Source: a virus
Lineage: Duplodnaviria > Caudoviricetes
IMG/VR virus record: IMGVR_UViG_3300025137_005045
Direction: 5' to 3' (one strand)
DNA: 64,000 bases
Position 1 is the stretch's first letter; every line of letters starts with the position of its first letter. Under the pieces are notes generated by a model. That model was given only the letters and a program-made list of their open reading frames with translations. It had not been told where the DNA came from and did not search any database. Positions 48,659 through 57,935 of this stretch are shown here, in pieces. Position numbers and translations under genes: made by a program.

Positions 48659-49717
48659 ATGGCATGCGGAGGAGCACTTACAGGTATGTTAATGACAGCA
48701 GGCGCAAGTTTGCTGAATGGTACGGGTTCTGGACTAACAAGAAGTTTAGGACTTGATGATGCTGTCACAAAAGCAACTGGAAGTTTTCCTGGCTTTGGCA
48801 CAATAACAGAAGCCATAAGTGCCGCTGGTGGAGAAGGTGGAGCTAATTTAATTAGTATGGGAGGATTAACATTCCCAGGTGTAGGCAATGCAGTGCCCGG
48901 TGGTTTTCAAAGTATCTTAGGTGATAACTTTAGCATGACAGGTCTTATTAACTCAACAGCAGATGCGATAATGGGTGCTGACCTAGGTGTCTTTACTCAA
49001 CATTTTAATGCCGCTGATGGTCTAGTTGCTGGCTCAAATCAATTTATAACTTCATTAGCAAGTTTTGCCGGCGAAACATTTAGTTCATATAGCCAAAACA
49101 GTTTAATGACTGGTGCATTAGCAGACGTTAACAAAGCCCTACCATCATTTGCCACTGACATGCTTAATGTTGGTAATATTGTAGATCTAGGAAATCTAAA
49201 CAACTTAGGAAATCCTTTAAGTTTAGTTAAAAATTTAAGCCAACAGGCGGGCGGACTTGCTGTTCTAAATAAAAGTTTATTAAATGCAGGTATTGATCCT
49301 AGCTCGCTTAACACACTAATTAATTCAACTGATGTTGGAGCATTAACTGGTTCCAGCTTAGGTGACGCATTAGGAACAGGTGGACTAGTAGAGTTTGCAG
49401 GTACCAGAAATGCACAAGATTTATTAAGTGGCGGAAGTACTAATTATGCGACATTAGGTCGCCCCCCAGCTAACACAGGATTAATGAGTGCTGTATACAA
49501 TGCAATGTCCAATGTTAAAGGAGATGACCTAGCACAGGTACAAGCAATATTAGGTAGTAATGTATCAGGACTAACTACCATGCAAGATATGTTAGATCCT
49601 ACCAAGATAATGCCAAACAGTTTCCCTAGTTTAACTTCAATTCCAAGTGCTGGATTTGAAGCAGGACAAAATCAACAAGCATTGGCCGCAAGTTCATTAA
49701 GCAGGGTTTACATATAA
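48659..49717 (+). CDS. Gly/Ala/Leu-rich baseplate-region protein
   Basis: Follows PAAR; low-complexity LGNLNNLGNP. Confidence 0.55.
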   Translation: MACGGALTGMLMTAGASLLNGTGSGLTRSLGLDDAVTKATGSFPGFGTITEAISAAGGEGGANLISMGGLTFPGVGNAVPGGFQSILGDNFSMTGLINSTADAIMGADLGVFTQHFNAADGLVAGSNQFITSLASFAGETFSSYSQNSLMTGALADVNKALPSFATDMLNVGNIVDLGNLNNLGNPLSLVKNLSQQAGGLAVLNKSLLNAGIDPSSLNTLINSTDVGALTGSSLGDALGTGGLVEFAGTRNAQDLLSGGSTNYATLGRPPANTGLMSAVYNAMSNVKGDDLAQVQAILGSNVSGLTTMQDMLDPTKIMPNSFPSLTSIPSAGFEAGQNQQALAASSLSRVYI

Positions 49718-50766
49718 TGACAACACTGAACGAAAAATTTAACGGACTGGGTAATAAATTATATACAGCGTTACCAGAAGATATTGCAGACGCCAACAAA
49801 GCATTAGCAAGATCATTGGGACAAATTAAAAATGTTTTTGATCTAACAACTGCTCAGATAGGAACGGTAGCCGGAAGTCTTGAAACAACCAAAGATTTAA
49901 GTTTAATTAAAGATGGAGGCGGGTTAGATCAGGATGTGATTGATTTTTATAATAGTACCATCGCAACAGGAAGTGGTCAAAATGGTGAACTATTATTAAC
50001 TGATGTTATTGGTACAGCCGCTGGTTGGGTGCATACAGATGAGCTTAATGCAGAAGCTGACAGATTAGCAACTCTTAATGCGTTAGGAGAACTTGATAAT
50101 TTGCAAGCACATCCAACACCAAAAGAATTTGATAGTGCTGGTAACGGATTATACACAGTATTAAATTATCATTGGGTACATAATGCTTATTATACACCAT
50201 TTTTGTCTAATCCTCTTGATCCGGAATCATTAGTTCCGCAATGGACAATTCCGTCGAAAATAACTTTGACTGCTAGTAAAGCTGGAACGTATTCAAGTAA
50301 ACTTGCATTAAGCAATGCCGTTGTTGAATTAGCCAATACTGAAATAGAAAGAATAGCAAACGCATATCCATTACAAGCAGGACAAAGTGTTACTGCATTT
50401 ACAAATATGGGTAATCAAATGGTACGAGAAAAAACAAATCAAGCGGCCGCAGGAATATCTCCAACTGAAACACAAACAGGAACAAAAACATCAGTACAAG
50501 GATTAATCAGTAACTTACACAGCATAGGGCAGGATACCAGTTTAGGTGGCAGTGCCTATGTGTTAGAAAAACTTGCTGATACACGTATTAAAGGTGGACA
50601 AGCTGTGATAGCAAGTATGAGAGAAGGCAGAAATATTCAAAAACTAGCAGAAGTTGGAATATCTACATCATTATTTGCAAACTCGACTCCTAGAACAACC
50701 GAACAGGCTACCTTGCTAACATCAACGTTCACTGTTGACGAAGCAAAAAATGATGCACCTCAATAA
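49717..50766 (+). CDS. baseplate-region protein
   Basis: Coupled to the previous gene; ends GQAVIASMREGRN. Confidence 0.55.
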   Translation: MTTLNEKFNGLGNKLYTALPEDIADANKALARSLGQIKNVFDLTTAQIGTVAGSLETTKDLSLIKDGGGLDQDVIDFYNSTIATGSGQNGELLLTDVIGTAAGWVHTDELNAEADRLATLNALGELDNLQAHPTPKEFDSAGNGLYTVLNYHWVHNAYYTPFLSNPLDPESLVPQWTIPSKITLTASKAGTYSSKLALSNAVVELANTEIERIANAYPLQAGQSVTAFTNMGNQMVREKTNQAAAGISPTETQTGTKTSVQGLISNLHSIGQDTSLGGSAYVLEKLADTRIKGGQAVIASMREGRNIQKLAEVGISTSLFANSTPRTTEQATLLTSTFTVDEAKNDAPQ

Positions 50767-50770
50767 ATCA

Positions 50771-50798
50771 TTGACAATGATTATACAGACTGTATAAT
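50771..50798 (+). promoter_or_regulatory. sigma70 promoter
   Basis: TTGACA-N16-TATAAT; ATG at 50805. Confidence 0.75.
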
Positions 50799-50804
50799 TA
50801 TTTT

Positions 50805-51236
50805 ATGAAATACTTTTCTTACGCTCTAACTGCAAACGAATCGACCATGATAGATATCTGTCCAAAAGCAGTCCGTTTTGGCCCTAGCACATTATACAGT
50901 CACGAATTACGTTTTGCAAAAACAGCAGATATCATACAAAATATTAATTCAACTGTTGAAGGTGTGTTATGGGAAGTACCTGAAGAATATATAGACATGA
51001 TTACTATTATAGAAAATCACGAAGATAAAAAACAAGTGTTAGTGTCCGATGGGAAAGACACAATTAGAGCATGGACATCAAAGAGGAAACTGTATGTTCC
51101 ACCAGGTCCGCCCACATGGAGTTATTGGGAACGGATTGAAAATTCTTATGATCAACAAGGATTGCCAACTTTACAAATAATACATGCAATAGATCAACTG
51201 GACAACTATTATAATACAGGTTTTAAATTTGAATAA
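50805..51236 (+). CDS. gamma-glutamylcyclotransferase-like protein (divergent)
   Basis: YFSY...M...CP.A...L...LRF...ADI....VEGVLW. Confidence 0.6.
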   Translation: MKYFSYALTANESTMIDICPKAVRFGPSTLYSHELRFAKTADIIQNINSTVEGVLWEVPEEYIDMITIIENHEDKKQVLVSDGKDTIRAWTSKRKLYVPPGPPTWSYWERIENSYDQQGLPTLQIIHAIDQLDNYYNTGFKFE

Positions 51237-51864
51237 AGAACTCAGTGATAATTTACTAGGACTAGGTAATAATTATACCGGAGGTATGATATCACCAGAC
51301 TGTAAGTCGTTTTACGTAAACATACCTAAGAATGCCTCGTCATTTATTAATCCATGGCTGTGGGAGAATGATTGGGAATTTTCAAAAGGCAATGATCAAA
51401 TTAGCGAAGTGTTAATAGTACTTCGTGATCCTGTAGAACGTTTTATATCTGGCTTCACCCAATATATACAAGGTAATATTTTATTTACAACATTTGATTA
51501 TGGAGCACCTACCCTGACTATAGAAAAGCTAAATGAATATTGGCCTATGGTTGAACGATTTATGGGAGATCAAGTTGTATGGTTTGATGATCATACCTGG
51601 TTTCAAAATTATTATGTTAAAGACGTATTTCCTAACATACCGAGACGTTATTTTTGGATCGACGATCAGTTGAATAATAATCTTAAGCAGGCATATAATT
51701 TAAATGATCCTGCTAATGCAGATATAAATGCTAGTCGAGGAATAGGATTAGAAATAAAACAATTAATTAGAAATAGCTTACGTAATCCAGTAATATTAGC
51801 ACAGGTTAAACGAATATTACAACCAGATTATGATCTTATAAGTCAAGCTGGGTTGACCAAATAA
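51229..51864 (+). CDS. sulfotransferase-like protein
   Basis: IPKNASS, LRDPVERFISG, DDHT..Q. Confidence 0.65.
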   Translation: MNKELSDNLLGLGNNYTGGMISPDCKSFYVNIPKNASSFINPWLWENDWEFSKGNDQISEVLIVLRDPVERFISGFTQYIQGNILFTTFDYGAPTLTIEKLNEYWPMVERFMGDQVVWFDDHTWFQNYYVKDVFPNIPRRYFWIDDQLNNNLKQAYNLNDPANADINASRGIGLEIKQLIRNSLRNPVILAQVKRILQPDYDLISQAGLTK

Positions 51865-51881
51865 TTAAAATACGTTATAAT
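51853..51881 (+). promoter_or_regulatory. sigma70 promoter
   Basis: TTGACC-N17-TATAAT. Confidence 0.85.
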
Positions 51882-51930
51882 AGTAACACTTTGAAGCAGT
51901 AAATAGTTGAACGAACAGGAGAATAGTTGT

Positions 51931-52542
51931 ATGCAGTTAACAACGAAGGTACTATACGCAACACTAGTTATGTTATTGATATTTGGCATTAATTATCAAG
52001 TATCACAAGACGCTGAATCAGGAAACATCATTGCAGAACTTAAACAACAGCAACAAAAGATAGAACATCAAGAGCAAAAACGAATAATAGCTCAATTAGA
52101 ACGTGAGGATCGTTGGATGAAAGAGATAGGATGTCTAGCTCGCAATGTATATTATGAAGCACGTGGTGAAAGCCTACAAGGGCAAAAAGCAGTGGCACTA
52201 GTTACTTTAAACAGAGTTGAAAATCCAATGTTCCCTAACACAATCTGCAAAGTTGTTAACGAACGTAAAGTAGTTAAAGGTGTAACCAAATGCCAATTCT
52301 CCTGGCGATGTCAAGGTCACGCAAATCCTAAAAAAGCAGTAAGACAAAGTCATGAAAGCTATCAAGCGGCCATAACTGCTATACTACATTATGATAGCTT
52401 GACAGAAACATTAGTTACAGCAGATACACTATTTTTCCATGCCAAACATGTTAGACCGTTTTGGAGGAAAGTTAAACAACGACTGGCACAGATTGACAAT
52501 CATATATTCTACGAACAACGTCCAGGAGACCGACGTAGATAA
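51931..52542 (+). CDS. SleB-like cell wall hydrolase with N-terminal membrane anchor
   Basis: CLARNVYYEARGE, TLNRV, CQFSW, IDNHIFY; start ATG 51931 behind AGGAG. Confidence 0.9.
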   Translation: MQLTTKVLYATLVMLLIFGINYQVSQDAESGNIIAELKQQQQKIEHQEQKRIIAQLEREDRWMKEIGCLARNVYYEARGESLQGQKAVALVTLNRVENPMFPNTICKVVNERKVVKGVTKCQFSWRCQGHANPKKAVRQSHESYQAAITAILHYDSLTETLVTADTLFFHAKHVRPFWRKVKQRLAQIDNHIFYEQRPGDRRR

Positions 52543-52574
52543 TAGTTGTTAAAAAACAACAAAAAATTAACAAC

Positions 52575-52603
52575 AAATACCTCTAAAATAGGGGTATTTT
52601 TTT
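52575..52603 (+). terminator. intrinsic terminator
   Basis: AAATACCTCT/AGGGGTATTT stem plus T-run. Confidence 0.8.
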
Positions 52604-52614
52604 GGTTAAAATGG

Positions 52615-52643
52615 TTGACCATTAATTCAGAATTCGCTATAAT
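52615..52643 (+). promoter_or_regulatory. sigma70 early promoter
   Basis: TTGACC-N17-TATAAT. Confidence 0.85.
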
Positions 52644-52691
52644 TGTATTAAGAAATAAGAAAAACAAGTTAATTATTTAGGGGTAGATAAG

Positions 52692-53159
52692 ATGACATAC
52701 ACAACAGAGAATCCAACACTAGAGTTACTTCAAGAAAAATACAACTCTACTGCACTAAAATTAAACTACAAAGGCGATCCAATTAGAGGCGGATCAGTAA
52801 CTGAAGGTGAATGGCATCGTGATGGCGTTGCTGTATTAGGTGGTACTACAGACTACGGTCCAGCTGGTTCTACTAAACACGAATGGAAACTTGGTAGTAA
52901 AGGTGAAGTTCGTTGGGTAGCATCAAATAACATTCCTCCAACAGACATCTTAGAAATGGCTGTGGTTGATGGCACAATTACTTGGGAAATGTTTGAACGT
53001 ACACAAGAACAAAAAGATATTGAAACTCAAGAGTTTCTTGGTCGTTACAGGGCTCAGCGTGAGAAGTATGGTTACTCAGAAGAAGAGCAAATGGAGATGC
53101 GTGCTGAGTTTGGTGACGAAGAAGTTGTTGACGTGTTTACTGGTAAGGTGATATCATAA
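52692..53159 (+). CDS. early hypothetical protein
   Basis: First gene after a strong promoter; ends VVDVFTG. Confidence 0.75.
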   Translation: MTYTTENPTLELLQEKYNSTALKLNYKGDPIRGGSVTEGEWHRDGVAVLGGTTDYGPAGSTKHEWKLGSKGEVRWVASNNIPPTDILEMAVVDGTITWEMFERTQEQKDIETQEFLGRYRAQREKYGYSEEEQMEMRAEFGDEEVVDVFTGKVIS

Positions 53160-53452
53160 TGGACTTTAATTGGTGGTTACTGATTCCAATAGGAATAGCT
53201 TTGCTGGGTGTTTTGGCACACGGAATATTCCTTGCTATAGTTATTTTCCTTGTTGGTTATGCTGGCGGTGCTTTCTTTTGGGATCATGGTGCAGGAATAT
53301 TATGTGGATTTATTTTACTCACTATGTCGATATGTAATGATCATGCCGGCGGTGGCTCTTATAGCGTAAGAAAACAGCACTGGTGGGATTCAGATCCAGA
53401 CAAAGCTGGCGGTAAGATAGAAACATTTGATATTGATATAAGGAAGAAATAA
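53159..53452 (+). CDS. small membrane protein
   Basis: 2-3 hydrophobic helices. Confidence 0.65.
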   Translation: MDFNWWLLIPIGIALLGVLAHGIFLAIVIFLVGYAGGAFFWDHGAGILCGFILLTMSICNDHAGGGSYSVRKQHWWDSDPDKAGGKIETFDIDIRKK

Positions 53453-53454
53453 TA

Positions 53455-53838
53455 ATGTTACCAACAGTCGGAACAGCAATAACAGTTACAACAGAAAGCC
53501 GTATGCGAAGCGTGTACGGTGACTATGCTTATCAGGAGTTAACTGGTCAAGTGATAGCTAGTCCTAAATGGTTAAAAGCCACAGAGTTTGCCATTGATAA
53601 TCCTGATCACCCTAATGGCTTTTCAGTTATCAATATGAACAATGTTGTAGACATCAGAGATGCTGATGGTCACGAATATAAATTTACCACAGATAATACG
53701 ATTAAAGTTTGGACAGTTACTGGTAGCAAAGGTAACGAATATACTGTAAAATTACAAGATGGAGAATACAGTTGTGAATGTCTAGGCTTTCAATATAGAA
53801 AACATTGTAAACATATAACAAAATGTACATCGGCTTAA
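53455..53838 (+). CDS. SWIM zinc-finger protein
   Basis: GSKGNEYTV...CECLGFQYRKHCKHI. Confidence 0.8.
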   Translation: MLPTVGTAITVTTESRMRSVYGDYAYQELTGQVIASPKWLKATEFAIDNPDHPNGFSVINMNNVVDIRDADGHEYKFTTDNTIKVWTVTGSKGNEYTVKLQDGEYSCECLGFQYRKHCKHITKCTSA

Positions 53839-53840
53839 AA

Positions 53841-55157
53841 ATGAAACCTTGGGAAATAATAAAACTGCTTGAAGCAGACAACAGTAGATTAGCGAAAGAG
53901 AAAATACTTCGTGACGAAGCTGGATGTGCAAATTCAGAATTCTTTTTAGGCGTCCAACTAGCCCTCGATCCACTAATTACATTTGGTGTCAAGAAGGTAG
54001 CAGAACAAAAAGGTCCTGGTGGACCTGGGCTAGAGTGGACCATATTTAAACAGGCAGTGAATGGCTTATGTTCTAGAGAAGTTACAGGCAATGCCGCACA
54101 AGAAGTTTTGCAGGCCCTCATGGAGACCTCTACTGCTGAGCAGTGGAACCTGTGGTATCGACGTATCCTTATTAAGGACTTACGTTGTGGCGTTAGTGAA
54201 AAGACTGTGAATAATGTAGTCAAGAAAGATTACCCCAACTATATTATTCCAGTCTTCACTTGCCAATTAGCACACGATGGTGCTAATCATGAGAAGAAAG
54301 TTGCAGGTAAAAAACAATTAGAAGTTAAACTTGATGGCGTTAGAGTTATTGCTATTTTACATAAGGATAAGCGTCCAGAAGTATTCAGCCGTAATGGTAA
54401 ACAGTTTCATAATTTTGAACACATTGTTGATCAATTAGCACATGTTGTTCAGACTTATGGCATCGGAACAGACATGATATTAGATGGTGAAGTTATGAGC
54501 AGTTCATTTCAGGACTTGATGAAACAAGTCCACCGTAAAACTAATATCCAATCTGACGATGCTACACTACATTGTTTTGATATGATCACTCTTGAAGAGT
54601 TTTTAGGTGGTGGAAGTATTGTTCCACAGTATGTTAGATCAGGACTGGTCAAGGAGTTTGTTAGCAAGCATCAAGAGGAATTACCTAACGTAGCAGTATT
54701 AGATTGGATTGATGTTGACTTGGATACCTCCGAAGGACAAGAGTCGCTTAAACAGGTCAACAAGCAGGCTATAGACGGTGGTTACGAAGGAATAATGATC
54801 AAAGATCCTAAAGCAGGATATGAATGTAAACGTAGTCATAGTTGGTTAAAAATGAAACCGTTCATTGAAGTTACATTGGAAGTAATGGATGTAGAAGAGG
54901 GGACTGGCCGTAATGCTGGTCGATTAGGTGCACTTATTTGTGAAGGAGAGGATGATGGACTTACTATTAGGGTTAATTGCGGTAGTGGCTTTACTGATAT
55001 CGATCGCGATAGTTTTTGGAATAATAGGACAAAGCTCAATGGAAGACTTGTGGAAGTCAGAGCAGACGCAATCACGCAAAACCAAGACAAAACGTACTCG
55101 TTAAGATTTCCTAGATTCAAAGGATTTCGTGGTATGGAACCAGGAGAGAAATTATGA
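53841..55157 (+). CDS. ATP-dependent DNA ligase
   Basis: KLDGVR, LDGEV, EGIMIK, WLKMK, SLRFPRF; start ATG 53841. Confidence 0.95.
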   Translation: MKPWEIIKLLEADNSRLAKEKILRDEAGCANSEFFLGVQLALDPLITFGVKKVAEQKGPGGPGLEWTIFKQAVNGLCSREVTGNAAQEVLQALMETSTAEQWNLWYRRILIKDLRCGVSEKTVNNVVKKDYPNYIIPVFTCQLAHDGANHEKKVAGKKQLEVKLDGVRVIAILHKDKRPEVFSRNGKQFHNFEHIVDQLAHVVQTYGIGTDMILDGEVMSSSFQDLMKQVHRKTNIQSDDATLHCFDMITLEEFLGGGSIVPQYVRSGLVKEFVSKHQEELPNVAVLDWIDVDLDTSEGQESLKQVNKQAIDGGYEGIMIKDPKAGYECKRSHSWLKMKPFIEVTLEVMDVEEGTGRNAGRLGALICEGEDDGLTIRVNCGSGFTDIDRDSFWNNRTKLNGRLVEVRADAITQNQDKTYSLRFPRFKGFRGMEPGEKL

Positions 55158-55369
55158 TACAAGACTTTTTGCTATTTCTAATTGAAAAAGGTACTATGGC
55201 AGAAATGCCATGGTATGTTGATCCTGCAATCATAGTACTATTTCTTATCAGTAATATACTAATGTTTATTCCTAGTTTGAATTATCCTGTGATAAATGAA
55301 ACAGGAGAGGAATGGTATGATAGGTTGGAAAAACAAAGAGATCAACAAAAATGGTTGAGTTTATCGTGA
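55154..55369 (+). CDS. small membrane protein
   Basis: One hydrophobic helix. Confidence 0.55.
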   Translation: MIQDFLLFLIEKGTMAEMPWYVDPAIIVLFLISNILMFIPSLNYPVINETGEEWYDRLEKQRDQQKWLSLS

Positions 55370-55512
55370 GTATACCACAAAAACCTAAACCTTGGCGTCA
55401 GCGAGTGCGTGATTTATTTGAAAAGAACTTACCGTTTGGACACAAAGTAGAACAGGATAAAACTAAAATAATTGACCGTAAACGTAAATATAAAAAGGAC
55501 ATTGACCATTAA
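55351..55512 (+). CDS. 53-aa basic protein, ArfA-like (missed by the ORF track)
   Basis: MVEFIVSIPQKPKPWRQRVRDLFEKNLPFGHKVEQDKTKIIDRKRKYKKDIDH; fills the gap exactly, ends TAA-ATG. Confidence 0.5.
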   Translation: MVEFIVSIPQKPKPWRQRVRDLFEKNLPFGHKVEQDKTKIIDRKRKYKKDIDH

Positions 55513-55530
55513 ATGGATAACGTGTATAAT
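55502..55530 (+). promoter_or_regulatory. sigma70 promoter straddling a gene junction
   Basis: TTGACC-N17-TATAAT. Confidence 0.7.
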
Positions 55531-55842
55531 TGTTCAGTATGTAGCACAGATTTTGATGAATATTCAGAAGGTGGTATAGTAGGTAACTTTGGTATGTTAC
55601 CGGTAGCATTATGTCCAACATGTTTATCTTGTATGTGTGACATGGCAGATCAAATGAGGGAGGATGATGATATGGAAGTAGCACAAGCAGTGGAACAGAT
55701 GTATTCAATAGCAAGAGCAGTTGAAAAAACCGGCGATGGTTATCTGGCAGGAGATATAAAAGAAGTAGCTGATCGCCTTAATAAGAAAACTGGACCCATA
55801 TTAACGGATGATGATATGGACACTATTAAGAGGGCTACGTAA
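55513..55842 (+). CDS. Cys-rich hypothetical protein
   Basis: CSVC...CPTC. Confidence 0.7.
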   Translation: MDNVYNCSVCSTDFDEYSEGGIVGNFGMLPVALCPTCLSCMCDMADQMREDDDMEVAQAVEQMYSIARAVEKTGDGYLAGDIKEVADRLNKKTGPILTDDDMDTIKRAT

Positions 55843-56027
55843 TGTTAACTAAAACTTATGATGTAGTATACTGGGACGAAGGCGGTAAGAAAGAAATTGT
55901 CAATAGTTTTCCTACTCTAGAAGAAGCACAACAGGTATTTTTTAAATGTATGGAAGGCGATAAAGAAGCACAGATCAATGCCAGCTATGACATTGAAGAA
56001 AGCTATGTAGGAGTTCCAGGTTATTAA
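55842..56027 (+). CDS. small hypothetical protein
   Basis: Coupled 61 aa ORF. Confidence 0.6.
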   Translation: MLTKTYDVVYWDEGGKKEIVNSFPTLEEAQQVFFKCMEGDKEAQINASYDIEESYVGVPGY

Positions 56028-56640
56028 TCCTAAAACAATAAACATTGCTAATAGAGATACAGCTACCACACTAACTAATATTTGTAAACTACTCAGAGAC
56101 GCATATAGTCGCAACTGGATAACCAGTCGTGATGGTAACATTAGTTGGCACCCTGAAGATGCTAGTTACTTTTATATTACACCAAGTGGTGTGCGTAAAC
56201 AGGATATGACTCCTGAACTGTTTAAAAAGATTGATATTGATACACTAGAAGAGCTGGATGATAATTTAAATTTTCGCCCAAGCGGAGAAATACATCTACA
56301 TCATAGATTGATTAAACAAACACACCAGGAACAATGCGTAGTTCATCTGCACCCTACTTATATTGTTGCGGCAATGCAGACAATGGAGTTATCTAAATTA
56401 GTCAATGACTATCCTGAGATTAGCAGATATACTCGTGTTGCTGACAATGTAGGCATGGTACCACCTATCAGTGAAGAACTAGCAGAACAATGTATATTAA
56501 AATTAGGCGAAGACAAAGACATTGTTGGTATCAAAGCACACGGTGCTGTCAGTAGAGGAAACACTTTATATGATGCTTATGAACACACAGAGCGTCTTGA
56601 ACATATTTGTAAAATTGTATTGGTAGGGAGAACTGTATGA
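56023..56640 (+). CDS. class II aldolase/adducin-family protein; start uncertain (non-AUG)
   Basis: In-frame upstream ICKLLRDAYSRNWITSRDGNIS...YITPSG precedes the GTG at 56191; EIHLH, VHLHP, HGA metal ligands. Confidence 0.8.
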   Translation: MNPKTINIANRDTATTLTNICKLLRDAYSRNWITSRDGNISWHPEDASYFYITPSGVRKQDMTPELFKKIDIDTLEELDDNLNFRPSGEIHLHHRLIKQTHQEQCVVHLHPTYIVAAMQTMELSKLVNDYPEISRYTRVADNVGMVPPISEELAEQCILKLGEDKDIVGIKAHGAVSRGNTLYDAYEHTERLEHICKIVLVGRTV

Positions 56641-57065
56641 GTATGCACATGGAAGGTCCTGCATTAACTACAACAAGGACTAAAAAATATAAACTTACTA
56701 AAGTTAGACGAGCTCAGTTAAAAGAAGATATGTTTCACTATAACAAGAAACGTAAACGTAACGGTGAAGTTAAAATTACATTCGACGAATACTTAGATTA
56801 TCGTTGTGGTATTGTTACAAAAAGAAAACTGCACCCCAGTGAACAGGGCGAGCTTAGAGCTGATTATTTACAACTACCGCCACATAGACAAAATGAAGTT
56901 AAACACCCTAGCAAGCCAATGGGTGATGGCATAGCTACTAAAAAAGATTCAACACAATATACAGGCACATTAATTAAAGGTATCGCTACAATGCACAAGT
57001 CAAATGCTATTCCTATAATTGATGAAAAACAAGCAAAAGAAGTTTCGTCGATGAGGAGAGGTTAA
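56637..57065 (+). CDS. hypothetical protein of T4-like phages
   Basis: YTG..IKGIATMHKSNA.P C-terminal motif. Confidence 0.75.
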   Translation: MSMHMEGPALTTTRTKKYKLTKVRRAQLKEDMFHYNKKRKRNGEVKITFDEYLDYRCGIVTKRKLHPSEQGELRADYLQLPPHRQNEVKHPSKPMGDGIATKKDSTQYTGTLIKGIATMHKSNAIPIIDEKQAKEVSSMRRG

Positions 57066-57067
57066 CA

Positions 57068-57289
57068 ATGAGTGATATAAAGGTACACTGTACAGACAAA
57101 GGAATGGATGTTGATGGATTTATTTTAAATCATAGACATAAAATGTTTATGGATGTTGCTATTAATACTGTTAAAGTTAAATTTCAGTATGATCCTAAAT
57201 TTAAACAGTATGTTGGTAATATGGCTGGTCTTGAATGGATAGTCAAAGAAGCAGACTTACCGGACGAGTATGACGAATATAAAAGGTAG
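57068..57289 (+). CDS. hypothetical protein
   Basis: 73 aa ORF. Confidence 0.7.
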   Translation: MSDIKVHCTDKGMDVDGFILNHRHKMFMDVAINTVKVKFQYDPKFKQYVGNMAGLEWIVKEADLPDEYDEYKR

Positions 57290-57584
57290 TGTTATTATTA
57301 TTGCATTTTTCTTTCTGCAAGGTTGTACAACCGCAGTAGTTAAATTTCTAGGAATTGGTGGTGCTGTTGAAGGAGCCGCCGGTGCAACTGTTGCAGTTGA
57401 AATAGCAGAAACATTAGACCAAGCAAAAACTATAGGTGATGCAATAAGTTGGGGAAATACAGGAAAAACACTAACGGATCATGCTATCAGTAAGTATACC
57501 GGTAAAGACTGTAGAACATTTAACATACTGAAAGAAAAAGAAATATGTGAGGAAGTAAACAAGGACCAAGATAAAGGAAAATAA
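57270..57584 (+). CDS. putative lipoprotein
   Basis: Hydrophobic N-terminus and lipobox LQGC. Confidence 0.6.
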   Translation: MTNIKGSVIIIAFFFLQGCTTAVVKFLGIGGAVEGAAGATVAVEIAETLDQAKTIGDAISWGNTGKTLTDHAISKYTGKDCRTFNILKEKEICEEVNKDQDKGK

Positions 57585-57585
57585 T

Positions 57586-57885
57586 ATGGGTGAATGGAAA
57601 ACAGATATTAAAGGAGAAGAAATCAATGTCGACGAGATGGCACTTGCTAAAATGCTATATGGTGCGTTGAAAGAGTCTCTTAAAGACAGTGACTTATATT
57701 ACAAAGGAATAAGTCCTGAATACTATTATCTTACAGATAAAGGTAAGGATACATTGATTGCATTTGTTGAACAGATGTCACCTTTGATATTAAAAGCAGA
57801 TGAAGACCATATACGCCAGAGGGCCAAAACAATGACTTTTGACAAACTTTCCAAAGAATCAGATCTTCCACACATTCCCAAATGA
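57586..57885 (+). CDS. hypothetical protein
   Basis: 99 aa ORF. Confidence 0.7.
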   Translation: MGEWKTDIKGEEINVDEMALAKMLYGALKESLKDSDLYYKGISPEYYYLTDKGKDTLIAFVEQMSPLILKADEDHIRQRAKTMTFDKLSKESDLPHIPK

Positions 57886-57935
57886 TTTCATAAACACCAT
57901 GTTACAACCAGCTTAAAAACAGTTAAATACACGTT

